DNA from: Macrostomum lignano
Lineage: Eukaryota
NCBI GenBank assembly: GCA_002269645.1
Contig: NIVC01000572.1
Location: 186,001 to 250,000, forward strand
Direction: 5' to 3'
DNA: 64,000 nt
The position numbers and the translations under genes were made by a program. The notes under the pieces are model-generated. The model saw only the letters and a program-made list of their open reading frames with translations. It was not told where the DNA came from and did no database searches. Positions 28,015 through 39,546 of this stretch are shown here, in pieces (the first letter of the stretch is position 1; every line of letters begins with the position of its first letter).

Positions 28015-28708
28015 TCCTGTAAGCGACTGTTTCCGGTCCTGTAAGCGACTGTTTCCGGTCCTGTAAGCGACTGTTTCCGATCCTGTAAGCGACTGTTTCC
28101 GGTCCTGTAAGCGACTGTTTCCGATCCTGTAAGCTACTGTTTCCGGTCCTGTATGCTACTGCTTCCGGTTCTGTAAGCTACTGTTTCCGGTTCTGTAAGC
28201 TACTGTTTCCGGTCCTGTAAGCTACTGTTTCCGGTCCTGTAAGCTAATGTTTCCGGTCCTGTAAGCTACTGTTTCCGGTCCTGTAAGCTACTGTTTCCGA
28301 TCCAGTTAGCTACTGTTTCCGGTCCTGTAAGCTACTGTTTCCGATCCAGTTAGCTACTGTTTCCGATCCAGTTAGCTACTGTTTCCGGTCCAGTTAGCTA
28401 CTGTTTCCGATCCAGTTAGCTACTGTTTCCGATCCAGTTAGCTACTGTTTCCGATCCAGTTAGCTACTGTTTCCGATCCAGTTAGCTACTGTTTCCGGTC
28501 CTGTTAGCTACTGTTTCCGGTCCTGTAGCTACTGTTTCCGATCCAGTTAGCTACTGTTTCCGATCCAGTTAGCTACTGTTTCCGATCCAGTTAGCTACTG
28601 TTTCCGGTCCTGTTAGCTACTGTTTCCGGTCCTGTAGCTACTGTTTCCGATCCAGTTAGCTACTGTTTCCGGTCCAGTTAGTGACTGTTTCCGGTCCAGT
28701 TAGCTACA
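28015..28708. repeat. 22-bp minisatellite, about 31 copies, with polar variant gradient
   Basis: Unit CTACTGTTTCCGGTCCTGTAAG, drifting from GCGA..CTGTAA on the left to GCTA..CAGTTA on the right. Confidence 0.94.
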
Positions 28709-29252
28709 TTCAGAAGTCTATTACCAGTTTAGTTATCTGCACCCAGGCTAAAGGTTTTATCGCATCGAATTCCTTGAAGTTTGCAATTCAAAGCAGTCTG
28801 CTGCACGCATTCATATCTGCATCACGCTTAACTAGTCAATCCTAAGTCATGTATTTTTTTACAAAGCGTCTTGTCGGCCGTCAACGTTTCAAGCTCCGCA
28901 AGTTTTTCTTACCATAAAACGTACTGCCGCGTTCGTGCAGTGCCGTGCAGAACTGTTTTCAAAGATCCGTGATTGCTGGAGAATATTCTGGCAAGAATAT
29001 ACTGGGGATCCGAACTCTACGTGTGCCTGTCAGCTGTGCTAGCGGCGTTACTACCCAGACTTGTCGGGACTTAGACAAAAGCAGCTGTTGCCGGGCTGAA
29101 TGTCTAGCATTTCTGTTGCCTGACCATCCAAGTCTTTCCTCGGTACGTGCGCCTTTTAGTCCCTGCAGTTCTGCTGTCTTCACAGACGGCCGACTGCCAT
29201 GGAAGCGATTTTTGGAAACAGGGAACCAGCAAAAAGAGAGAAATTTGGGTTT

Positions 29253-29692
29253 CGAGATGTCAGTAGCTGGGGTGTCAGAGATGTCAGTAGCTGGGGTGTC
29301 AGAGATGTCAGTAGCTGGGGTGTCAGAGATGTCAGTAGCTGGGGTGTCAGAGATGTCAGTAGCTGGGGTGTCAGAGATGTCAGTAGCTGGGGTGTCAGAG
29401 ATGTCAGTAGCTGGGGTGTCAGAGATGTCAGTAGCTGGGGTGTCAGAGATGTCAGTAGCTGGGGTGTCAGAGATGTCAGTAGCTGGGGTGTCAGATGTCA
29501 GTAGCTGGGGTGTCAGAGATGTCAGTAGCTGGGGTGTCAGATGTCAGTAGCTGGGTTGTCAGAGATGTCAGTAGCTGGGGTGTCAGAGATGTCAGTAGCT
29601 GGGGTGTCAGAGATTTCAGTATCTGGGGTGTCAGAGATATCAGTAGCTGGGGTGTCAGAGATGTCAGTAGCTGGGGTGTCAGAGATGTCAGG
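29253..29692. repeat. 24-bp minisatellite, about 18 copies; inverted copy of the 4352-6335 family
   Basis: Unit GAGATGTCAGTAGCTGGGGTGTCA, the exact reverse complement of the 4.3-6.3 kb unit. Confidence 0.96.
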
Positions 29693-30284
29693 GTAGCTAA
29701 AATTAGTGTCTGCAGTACTCCATAGTGTACGTAATTCCGAGTCGTACAGTATGCACATGCGATAGGAATTCACATTTTCCAAATGCACTTTTTTATCAGG
29801 CATTCCAAAAAATCTGCTTGCAAGAAGCTCGATAAGACGGAATCATGTGGTAATCTGGAAGAGAAATCATTTCTCTTCCAACAGGAAAAAATCCAAGGGC
29901 AGTCGGGCGGTCACATGCAGCTGGCTTGACCGGAGTTCGAATCCCTGAGGATTTTGGCGCCAGCAGTGTTGCCATGCAACTCAGACACAAAACGACTCTG
30001 TAAGGGAAAATATAAATCTCTATGGGATTCGATTCGGGAAGCTGGAGTTTGGCTCCCTCTCTCCCGGGAAAATTGGCCTCATCAACCATCGGCCGAGTCG
30101 GCAAAATAAAAGTAAAATAAATTTCTTGAGGCTGCTCGAGCCTCTCAGAACTTGGACCGACTGTTGCACTTTGACCTCAGCTTCTCGGGGCCGAGAGTGG
30201 GTGAGTGGAATGGAGGTATTCGATCTGGAAACTGACTTCTCCTGGTGCTCTTATCTCTGCTTCATCCCAGCCCGCTTCTGGAGT

Positions 30285-30358
30285 CTGTGTGTTTGTGTGT
30301 CTGTCTGTCTGTCTGCCTGTCTGCCTCTCTGTCTGTCTTTCTGTCTGTCTGTCTGTCA
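30285..30358. repeat. (GTCT)n microsatellite
   Basis: Imperfect GTCT run. Confidence 0.85.
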
Positions 30359-30392
30359 TGGTGTCTGTCCAGTTGTCTCTTAGGGAGAGGTG

Positions 30393-30856
30393 CAGTGGCG
30401 TAAGCATGCACTAATTTTAATTGGAGGGCGCTGCAGATAAGGAATACCAATTTTTAGTGTCTTGGTTGGCGCCCCTGTCTCTGGGTTGGCGCCCCTGTCT
30501 CTGGGTTGGCGCCCCTGTCTCTTGGTTGGCGCCCCTGTCTCTGGGTTGGCGCCCCTGTCTCTGGGTTGGCGCCCCTGTCTTTTGGTTGGCGTCCCTGTCT
30601 CTTGGTTGGCGCCCCTGTCTCTTGATTGGCGCCCCTGTCTCTTGATTGGCGCCCCTGTCTCTTGATTGGCGCCCCTGTCTCTGGTTGGCGTCCAGCTCCT
30701 GTCTCCCAGGCCGTAGATGCCACGTCCAAGAGGTGGCACAAGTTGAGCTGCAGTCATTCGTCAAGCTTGGCTGCCTCTTTATTTGGTTTCTGGAGGAGCG
30801 CACTTTTTCTGGAGCCGATTGCGGGGGTCCGCCCCCACCCCCCAAGTGCGTCACTG
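30393..30856. mobile_element. Putative hAT-type MITE carrying the 20-bp GGCGCCCCTGTCTC minisatellite (30460-30690)
   Basis: Left end CAGTGGCGTA, right end TGCGTCACTG (imperfect TIR) with a C-rich subterminus. No matching 8-bp TSD seen. Confidence 0.45.
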
Positions 30857-32464
30857 GGTCAGGGATCACCGGCAAAGCCCCTCTGCAGGCATATACATGA
30901 TGACTAATTACTGCATGTATGACTCCTCAATCTAAAAACAGATTTAATCCAATTATAAAACCTGACTGTTAGTCTATAGTCTGAGTAATTATTACATTTT
31001 CAATAGATATTGTCTATATTCATGTTATAGCCTACACAATTCTGTGCGTGCATTGATATATATATATAGATTCGTGAACAAAGACCAATATATGTAGAAT
31101 ATATTTAGCTCTCTCAGTGAACACTGAGTTGATCAATAGGCTTGACCTGCCCTATACATGTATACCCCCCCCCCCTACCAAAATACGCATATATTGTACG
31201 TGTTCGATGGTAACTCTGCAGTAAAAGGTATAAAAACTACCTAATGTTCATGTAAATTTTAGATAATTTATAGTTGTGTTTTTCCCGGTGTTACGTAGCT
31301 ACATGTTCTTCTTTTGTTAGAATTGCTTCTTAGTTATTAGTTTAATCAAAGCGCAGGCAATGTCACGCGCTTAACTTTTGACCCTCTTGCATTAATTGTT
31401 CAATCCAGATGCGATAAGCACTACTACACGGATAAGTAGCATCATCAAAAATCTATACATGTAAATTGTTAATTCCATGAAACATCCTATCAGAAGCTAG
31501 TACGCGTACCTAAGTTCGCCAGCCAATCAATCATATAGGAAGTCGCTGACCCAAAAATGCAACCTTGTCAAAAACCAAATAAAGCTGACCCTCTGGACAT
31601 TATCATGCATTTTTGAGCTTAAGTTATGCTTTGCACTTAATGAACTACTACTTAATTTCCCCGCAAAATATGTCCAGATTATGTTCAGGAAGTGTTGAGT
31701 TTTCTTGAGTACAGTAGCTAGAGAGAATCCGATTGTTAAGTACACGTAAAAAGGTCTCCCCTCACGAATTCAACATGTGGCCATGAAACTTTCACAGCTG
31801 AAATATAAACACATGTTACATGTAAATCAAAAGATCAAATTGTAATCTTCAGTGGCCCAGATCAAATGCAACAATTGATGTTTTAGACTTAAGATAAAAA
31901 TTTATTTTTCCTATCTACATGTATCTACATGCATGTATACTGCATAACCGGCCTCTAAAATTTATAGTTAAATCTTTGATCTGACCTGAGTAATGCTCGT
32001 ACGTCTTTCTGAATCTGACTACAGACGAACAGGCGAACCCTATACTAGTAGGCGATTTGACTGGATCTTCGTAAATATAGGTTCTTCCCTGGATGGTGCA
32101 ACTAAATCGAAAAGTGACACATCGTACCTAACTCAGCAATTGCATGACGATTACTATATATAAAGAAATCATCAGCTACACACTACAAGAACGTCAATGC
32201 CTCCTCACAGCTAGCCTCTTATAATGTTGCACAAAAAGGTGGCCAGAACGATAGTTGTGATATGAGGATTTCCTTTACTCTAGCCAGCCTACACCAAATA
32301 GCCAGCAAAGCGAAACTTTACGAGAGTACGTAAATTATTTTACCTGTAGAGTGTTCTACCTTTCGTAAAAAAGACATAAAAGTGTTAACGTACTACTCAC
32401 ACATTTTATTCAGTAGTAAGTTGAAGAGCATGAATAAAGGTATGCTTTGAATTATAAGTATATT

Positions 32465-33290
32465 CTGACTAACCAATAGAAAAAGAGAGACCTTGAGCAT
32501 GCTAAATTTAGAAATCACCCAATCACGTGTAACCTGTACGTGTCGAACGCAAACCCCAGGAGAGATGCATCATTCAACCGTACGCACGTGACCCAATCAA
32601 ATGTAACTAAAAATAACTCGAATGCGATGACCAATCACGCGCTTTTACACTGAACCAATGGAGTAACTTTCTACCCTGCCAAGTTTGACAGCAACCAAAC
32701 CGTGACCTTTTTGACAGCTGAAGAGTTGGACCCACGTGACCTCATGGGGGTCCATTTGCCTATAAATACAAGTGGTCCGGAACGGACCCGGAGCCACAAT
32801 CTCCGAGAGAGAAAGCTCCGAAGAGGAAGATCTGCAGCAGACTTCCTGAAGCAACTCGAAGACGTGGTCGAGTTCTTGCGGTAAGCCTTACTCATTTGCG
32901 CCTGTTGGTTGAGACGTCTCGCTCAAGTCCAAGAGTGACTTGAGTTTATAGTGAGTCTGTTGAGACTCCTGAGTCTGTTTAGACTCTACTGGTTGCAGTC
33001 TCCAGAAGGACTGCCCCTGATAGATCTTAGAAGACTATCAGTGGTTTCCGGAGCCATACCTAGAGTGCATAGAGGCACTACTAGAAGGAGTAGGCTTATA
33101 TTAAACCGCAGTTCGGCGCAGGGATCCCCATTGTTGATTTGGAAGCTTCCCATTGGTCCGCACTACAGATACCGGCCGGAAACGACTTCAGTGGACGTAA
33201 AGGAACGCGGACCTGGTCAAAGGAAGTCAGAGAACTACAGAACACGGAAGAGCTCTCCGAGACAGGACTCAAGGTAACACATACCTTCAT
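32465..33290 (+). promoter_or_regulatory. Pol II promoter-like island (possible solo LTR) with two short non-coding exon candidates
   Basis: CCAAT at about 32473, 32519, 32593, 32631, 32655; CACGTG at about 32524, 32585, 32733; TATAAATA at 32761; donor GCG/GTAAGC at 32881; acceptor CACTACAG at 33168; donor AAG/GTAACA at 33274. LTR termini not established. Confidence 0.5.
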
Positions 33291-34742
33291 TTGATTACTG
33301 GGTTGCCTAGCTACAGAGCTAGAAGTGAGTGTTCTTTGATTACCAAAAGTCGGGTAATAAGGAACACATCATACCCTCGACGGCCTCGAAGAGATTGTTT
33401 ACTGGAAGCCGAAGTTTTTTATGATGAAAAACGAATTAAAGATAAGTTTTTATCATAGTCTTTTTTAATTTTCCTTTGTCAAAAATAATAATAGGGCCTA
33501 GTGACCAAAAGTGTGATATCTAGTTGATTTTCAGTTAATTTTTAAAATAAAATTACGTATACTACGCCTTTTCGCAGAAACCAAAACTTTGATGATTTTT
33601 AAATTAGGAAAACTACATCTTATAAATGTGGTAGTTGCGGACTCCCACTAACGAATATTTAAATTTTATAATAACATTTCATGGACTGTCCCCTTTTTCC
33701 GCCGCCCCATTTCTGGCCCTACCCGTTCATCCTTTGGCGAAATTCTATGACGTATTTTGTTCCTTTTCTGGTATAACTGCATGCCCTCTTTCTGGATTTT
33801 CGTGCCCTTTTTCTGTTTAGTTTTGTTTTTCTTTGAGTATCTCTGCGGAACTTTTGCTCGCCAAATTCTGGGCCTTAGAGTCCACGTCCTGTCCCCATTC
33901 TATGGACCACCTTGCCCACCTTCTGCTCCTTTTTTGTTATTTAGCTTGGCTCTCTCTCTCCCTTCCGCCCCCAGTTGCCTCCCCTTCCTTCACCTTCCTC
34001 CTCCCTTCTCGCTCTTCCCCCCTTCTATCGCGACATAAACTTAATACATAAATTTAATACTTGTTATTTGTTCCCAGTTGAGTAAAGCCAAATACTAAGA
34101 CTAGTGATTCGAATTTAACTAATTTAGAGCCCCGCACCGCGGCTCCCCCAGAACTTTCTGTCGTCTGGTCGACTCCGGTATAGTAATAATTTTCAGTGAT
34201 TGGTTAATAAACTGACGTCAATTGCTCTTCGTTTAATACTTAATTAAAAGCCGTAGTTTATCTTAAGTCATTTGCCCGTGGGGCGTAAAACAACCAAGTT
34301 CTCATCTCAAAGAAAGCTCTGAGATTTCAACGTTCCGTAATACGTAAATTACGGTGGTGGCAGCGCTACTCTACCAACAGTAATCAGTCAAGAAACCGAA
34401 GTGCATTAACTACGGTGTCTGAGGACCCTCTCTGAACGCTCGCGCCTAACGAAGACCGCTCGTCTACGACCGAAACTACCCTCCCCCCCCCGGAATTGAG
34501 GACCCCGGCAGTCGGAGTAAAACAGGAGGCAAAACTTCCGTTGTGATTCATCTGCGCGATTTTCCGGCTTCAATTCGTGCGAACGCAACGACAACCGGTT
34601 TCAAAGAAACCCCGAGTTCAAATCAGCAATCGCCAAGTTTACTACCAACTACCAACAAATTTGTGCATTTGTTTCCCCATTGATATTCGCATTGATATTC
34701 AAATTTTAACAAAAGCAAAATACTAAAAGCAACCCGTAGCAT

Positions 34743-35427
34743 GAAACTTTACACAGAGTAAACTGCAACCGTGAAACGACTATTGGTCAAGTTTCAGCTC
34801 GATATGTAACTTTGGCTCTGAGCAGGTGCGATTTTCGATGTGTTCTATTTAAAATACATGTGATTCCAAAATTCATATTGATATTCGAGTACAGGTACTT
34901 CTGATTCACCGCTCTTGACGAAACTTTACACAGAGTAAACTGCAACCGTGAAACGACTATTGGTCAAGTTTCAGCTCGATATGTAACTTTGGCTCTGAGC
35001 AGGTGCGATTTTCGATGTGTTCTATTTAAAATACATGTGATTCCAAAATTCATATTGATATTCGAGTACAGGTACTTCTGCTTCACTGATCTTGACGAAA
35101 CTTTACACAGAGTAAACTGCAACCGTGAAACGACTATTGGTCAAGTTTCAGCTCGATATGTAACTTTGGCTCTGAGCAGGAGCGATTTTCGATGTGTTCT
35201 ATTTAAAATACATGTGATTCCAAAATTCATATTGATATTCGAGTACAGGTACTTCTGCTTCACTGATCTTGACGAAACTTTACACAGAGTAAACTGCAAC
35301 CGTGAAACGACTATTGGTCAAGTTTCAGCTCGATATGTAACTTTGGCTCTGAGCAGGAGCGATTTTCGATGTGTTCCATTTAAAATACATGTGATTCCAA
35401 AATTCATATTGATATTCGAGTACAGGT
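34743..35427 (+). repeat. 177-bp tandem array, left arm (about 3.9 units)
   Basis: GAAACTTTACACAGAG recurs at 34743, 34920, 35097, 35274. Confidence 0.96.
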
Positions 35428-38004
35428 GGAGGAGATGGCGCAACGTGACACAGTGGTCATTCTCGGAGACCTGAACGCAGTTCTGCGTAGGTCCGAGCGA
35501 TCGTTGTTTGTGACAGCGCGCGAGAACGGCAACACCAGAGCGCTGGAGGACTTCCTGGAGAGACAGGACATGGTGTCGGCCAACACCAGATTCCGCAAGT
35601 CACCGGGCAGGCTCGCGACCTTCGTGGGCTGCAAGCAGAGGCGGCGGAACGCGCGCGGCCGGAACGCTACGCGGAGGCTGGCACAGCTCGACCACGTGCT
35701 TGTGCGCTTTCGTGAGTGCCGCCGCGTCACCAACTGCCGCACCATTACGCCGCTGGCTCTGCTGTCCGACCATCGGCTGCTCATCTGCGACCTTCGGCTT
35801 CGGGACCCGCTCTACCGTCCGCCAAAGCGGCCACCGCGGCGCTACTACTGCGCGCTCAGGGACACCGAGACGCGGCGTCGCTTTGCCGGTGCCTTTGTCA
35901 CTGCGCTGGGCGACAAGTGTGGAGGAGCCGAGTACGCGGAGGTGAGCGCTGCAGTTCGAGCCGCTGCGGAGCAAGCAGTCCCGCTGATGCGACCGGCCCA
36001 GCGCGGGCAGCCGGTCTGGCAGGACGACCCCGCGATCGACGAAGCGAGGGAAGATCTGGAGAGGCTCCGTCTGAGTGGGCGGCAAACTCGCGAGGCGGAG
36101 GAGGCTCTGGCGGCTGTCTACCTGCAGCGGCAGCAGTCCGCTGTCGATGACGCCATCCACGCCGTCTCTGCCGCAGGGCCCGATGCCAGAGGGCGCGTGG
36201 CCTGGTCCGTCATCAACACTCTGACGGGGCGAAAGCGGCGCATCACGCTCAACCAAGCAGGCGACATTCCGGATGAGCGCAGGAACGAGCTGCGCGAGTT
36301 CTTCGCCGCCATTGTCAACGCGCCGCCCCCTCCGCTTCCAGAAAATCTGAGGCTGCCGCCGGAGACGCCGTTGCCGGCGGAGGAGAGCTTCAACGTTGCC
36401 CCAGTCAGCACAGCCGACGTTGTGAAGTTCGCTCGGCAGTCGCCGGGCGGCAAAGCGCTTGGTCCGGACGAGGTGCCCACCGAGGCGCTGCGGATCCACT
36501 GCGTGGCCACTGAGGTCGCCAGAGTGATGAACCGCGTGCTTTCCGGTGAGGTGGCGCCAAACGAATGGACCACGGCGCACATCGTCGCCATTCCAAAGAA
36601 GCCGGGCACCACCAAGCTCGAGGAGCATCGAGGCATCTGCCTACAGTCCTGCGCCGCGAAGCTGTTCAGTCGGAGTAAGCTGTTTCGCTGTACAGCAGCT
36701 CGAACTGGCTGACGGCGTGCCCGCCGCCTCCCGCATGCTGCTATCGCGGTTACAGACTGTGCTGGACCCGTACCTGTGGCCTGAGCAGAACGGATTCCGG
36801 CCCCTTCGCAGCACAGTGACGCAGATCCTGGCTCTTCGGCGAGTCATCGAGGAGGCGCGCATCCGCCAGTTGACCCTGATCCTGATCTTCGTCGATTTCA
36901 GGAAGGCCTTCGACTCGGTCGTGAGGGACGTGAGGGAGGTGCTCCGTGCGTACAACGTGCCAGACCTGCTGATTTCTGCTGTCATGGCGCTATACCACGG
37001 CACGACGGCTGCTGTCTCAACACCGGACGGCCTATCGGATTTCTTCGAGACATCCTCCGGGGTGCTCCAGGGAGATGCGCTAGCGCCGTTCCTATTTATT
37101 CTGGTGCTTGACTGGGTGCTACGGACTGCTCTGCCTTCCAACGACGACAGCTTCCTGCTGCGGCGACGCGTGGGTCGACGCCAACCGGAGAGACGGCTCA
37201 GCGTGCTTGGCTACGCCGATGACCTCGCCCTCGAGGGCGCCCAACGACAGCTGGATAGACAGGTTGCCGTTGCGGCGAGCGTCGGCCTGGTGGTCAACAC
37301 GCAGAAGACCGTCGTGCTATGCGTGCCGGACGACACCGAGGCTGCAATCTTCTGCCGAGGCGCTGACGGACAGGCGAGTGAGCTTCCAAGATGTCAGCAG
37401 TTCGTCTACCTCGGCGGTCTGGTTCCCGACGTCCGCGAGGATCTGCGGCGTCGCCGAGGACTTGCCTGGGCTGCCTTTCGTTCTATAAGGTCAGTCTTGC
37501 AGTCCGATCGAGGCCCTACCGGACCGCCAGAGGGCGGCGCTGTTCCAGGCGGTGATCGAGACCGTCCTGTTATACAACGCTGAGACCTGGACGCTGATAG
37601 ACTCGCTCGAGGCTCAAGTCGACGCGGCGCACGCTGGCCTGCTGCGCGCCGCCTTCAAGATCGGCAACGAGCGAGTCACCAACACGGCGCTCTATCATCG
37701 CGCCGGCCTGGCCCGTCCTAGCGATCTGCTGCGCCGTCGGCGACTCCAGCTGGCAGGCCACGTCATCCGCGCCGAGGCCTACTGTCCGGAGCCGGTGCAG
37801 GAGGTGCTGCTACTTACGTTGCAGGCACTTTACCGGCGGGGACAGGCGAGGACTCGGCGCTACGTCGACTGTCTGCTGGCTGACGCCGGCGCCCCGGACT
37901 CTGTCGGCGGTGCGGCCTTTGTTCGCGCCCAAGCTTCGAAGCGCGCCATCTGACGCTGCTTTTGCGAACTGACAGCGTACTCTGTTGTTGTTGTTGTTGT
38001 TGTT
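35428..38004 (+). mobile_element. 5'-truncated, frameshifted RTE-type non-LTR retrotransposon (APE endonuclease C-terminus + reverse transcriptase)
   Basis: APE motifs ILGDLNA, NGN..L..FL, LDHVLV, SDHRLL. RT motifs ALGPDEVP, IVAIPKK, HRGICL, QNGFR, FVDFRKAFDSV, GVLQGDALAPFLF, YADD. C-terminal LLYNAETWTL..RRRLQLAGHVIR, stop at 37953. About 61-bp frameshifting insert at 36668-36728 and a second frameshift near 37505. Short 3' UTR then a (GTT)7 tail at 37984-38004. Clade assigned from motifs and tail type. Confidence 0.9.
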
Positions 38005-39546
38005 TGGAATCACATGTATTTTAAATGGAACACATCGAAAATCGCTCCTGCTCAGAGCCAAAGTTACATATCGAGCTGAAACTTGACCAATAGTCGTTTC
38101 ACGGTTGCAGTTTACTCTGTGTAAAGTTTCGTCAAGATCAGTGAAGCAGAAGTACCTGTACTCGAATATCAATATGAATTTTGGAATCACATGTATTTTA
38201 AATAGAACACATCGAAAATCGCTCCTGCTCAGAGCCAAAGTTACATATCGAGCTGAAACTTGACCAATAGTCGTTTCACGGTTGCAGTTTACTCTGTGTA
38301 AAGTTTCGTCAAGATCAGTGAAGCAGAAGTACCTGTACTCGAATATCAATATGAATTTTGGAATCACATGTATTTTAAATGGAACACATCGAAAATCGCT
38401 CCTGCTCAGAGCCAAAGTTACATATCGAGCTGAAACTTGACCAATAGTCGTTTCACGGTTGCAGTTTACTCTGTGTAAAGTTTCGTCAAGATCAGTGAAG
38501 CAGAAGTACCTGTACTCGAATATCAATATGAATTTTGGAATCACATGTATTTTAAATAGAACACATCGAAAATCGCACCTGCTCAGAGCCAAAGTTACAT
38601 ATCGAGCTGAAACTTGACCAATAGTCGTTTCACGGTTGCAGTTTACTCTGTGTAAAGTTTCGTCAAGATCAGTAAAGCAGAAGTACCTGTACTCGAATAT
38701 CAATATGAATTTTGGAATCACATGTATTTTAAATAGAACACATCGAAAATCGCACCTGCTCAGAGCCAAAGTTACATATCGAGCTGAAACTTGACCAATA
38801 GTCGTTTCACGGTTGCAGTTTACTCTGTGTAAAGTTTCGTCAAGATCAGTGAAGCAGAAGTACCTGTACTCGAATATCAATATGAATTTTGGAATCACAT
38901 GTATTTTAAATAGAACACATCGAAAATCGCACCTGCTCAGAGCCAAAGTTACATATCGAGCTGAAACTTGACCAATAGTCGTTTCACGGTTGCAGTTTAC
39001 TCTGTGTAAAGTTTCGTCAAGATCAGTAAAGCAGAAGTACCTGTACTCGAATATCAATATGAATTTTGGAATCACATGTATTTTAAATAGAACACATCGA
39101 AAATCGCACCTGCTCAGAGCCAAAGTTACATATCGAGCTGAAACTTGACCAATAGTCGTTTCACGGTTGCAGTTTACTCTGTGTAAAGTTTCGTCAAGAT
39201 CAGTGAAGCAGAAGTACCTGTACTCGAATATCAATATGAATTTTGGAATCACATGTATTTTAAATGGAACACATCGAAAATCGCTCCTGCTCAGAGCCAA
39301 AGTTACATATCGAGCTGAAACTAGACCAATAGTCGTTTCACGGTTGCAGTTTACTCTGTGTAAAGTTTCGTCAAGATCGGTGAATCAGAAGTACCTGTAC
39401 TCGAATATCAATATGAATTTTGGAATCACATGTATTTTAAATAGAACACATCGAAAATCGCTCCTGCTCAGAGCCAAAGTTACATATCGAGCTGAAACTT
39501 GACCAATAGTCGTTTCACGGTTGCAGTTTACTCTGTGTAAAGTTTC
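38003..39546 (-). repeat. 177-bp tandem array, right arm (about 8.7 units, inverted relative to the left arm)
   Basis: GTGTAAAGTTTC ends at 38130, 38307 ... 39546 with period 177. Confidence 0.96.

Noticed and set aside
35600-37761. Antisense and alternative-frame ORFs over the RTE
   Set aside because: Expected shadows of a high-GC coding region.
37810-39300. 496-aa ORF of 59-aa repeats (and 34989-35474)
   Set aside because: It is the 177-bp unit (a multiple of 3) read in a stop-free frame; it has a non-ATG start and runs antisense into the RTE.
34743-39546. CRISPR-like or RT-associated repeat-spacer array
   Set aside because: Units abut directly with no unique spacers, there are no cas genes, and the RT is an ordinary eukaryotic non-LTR type.
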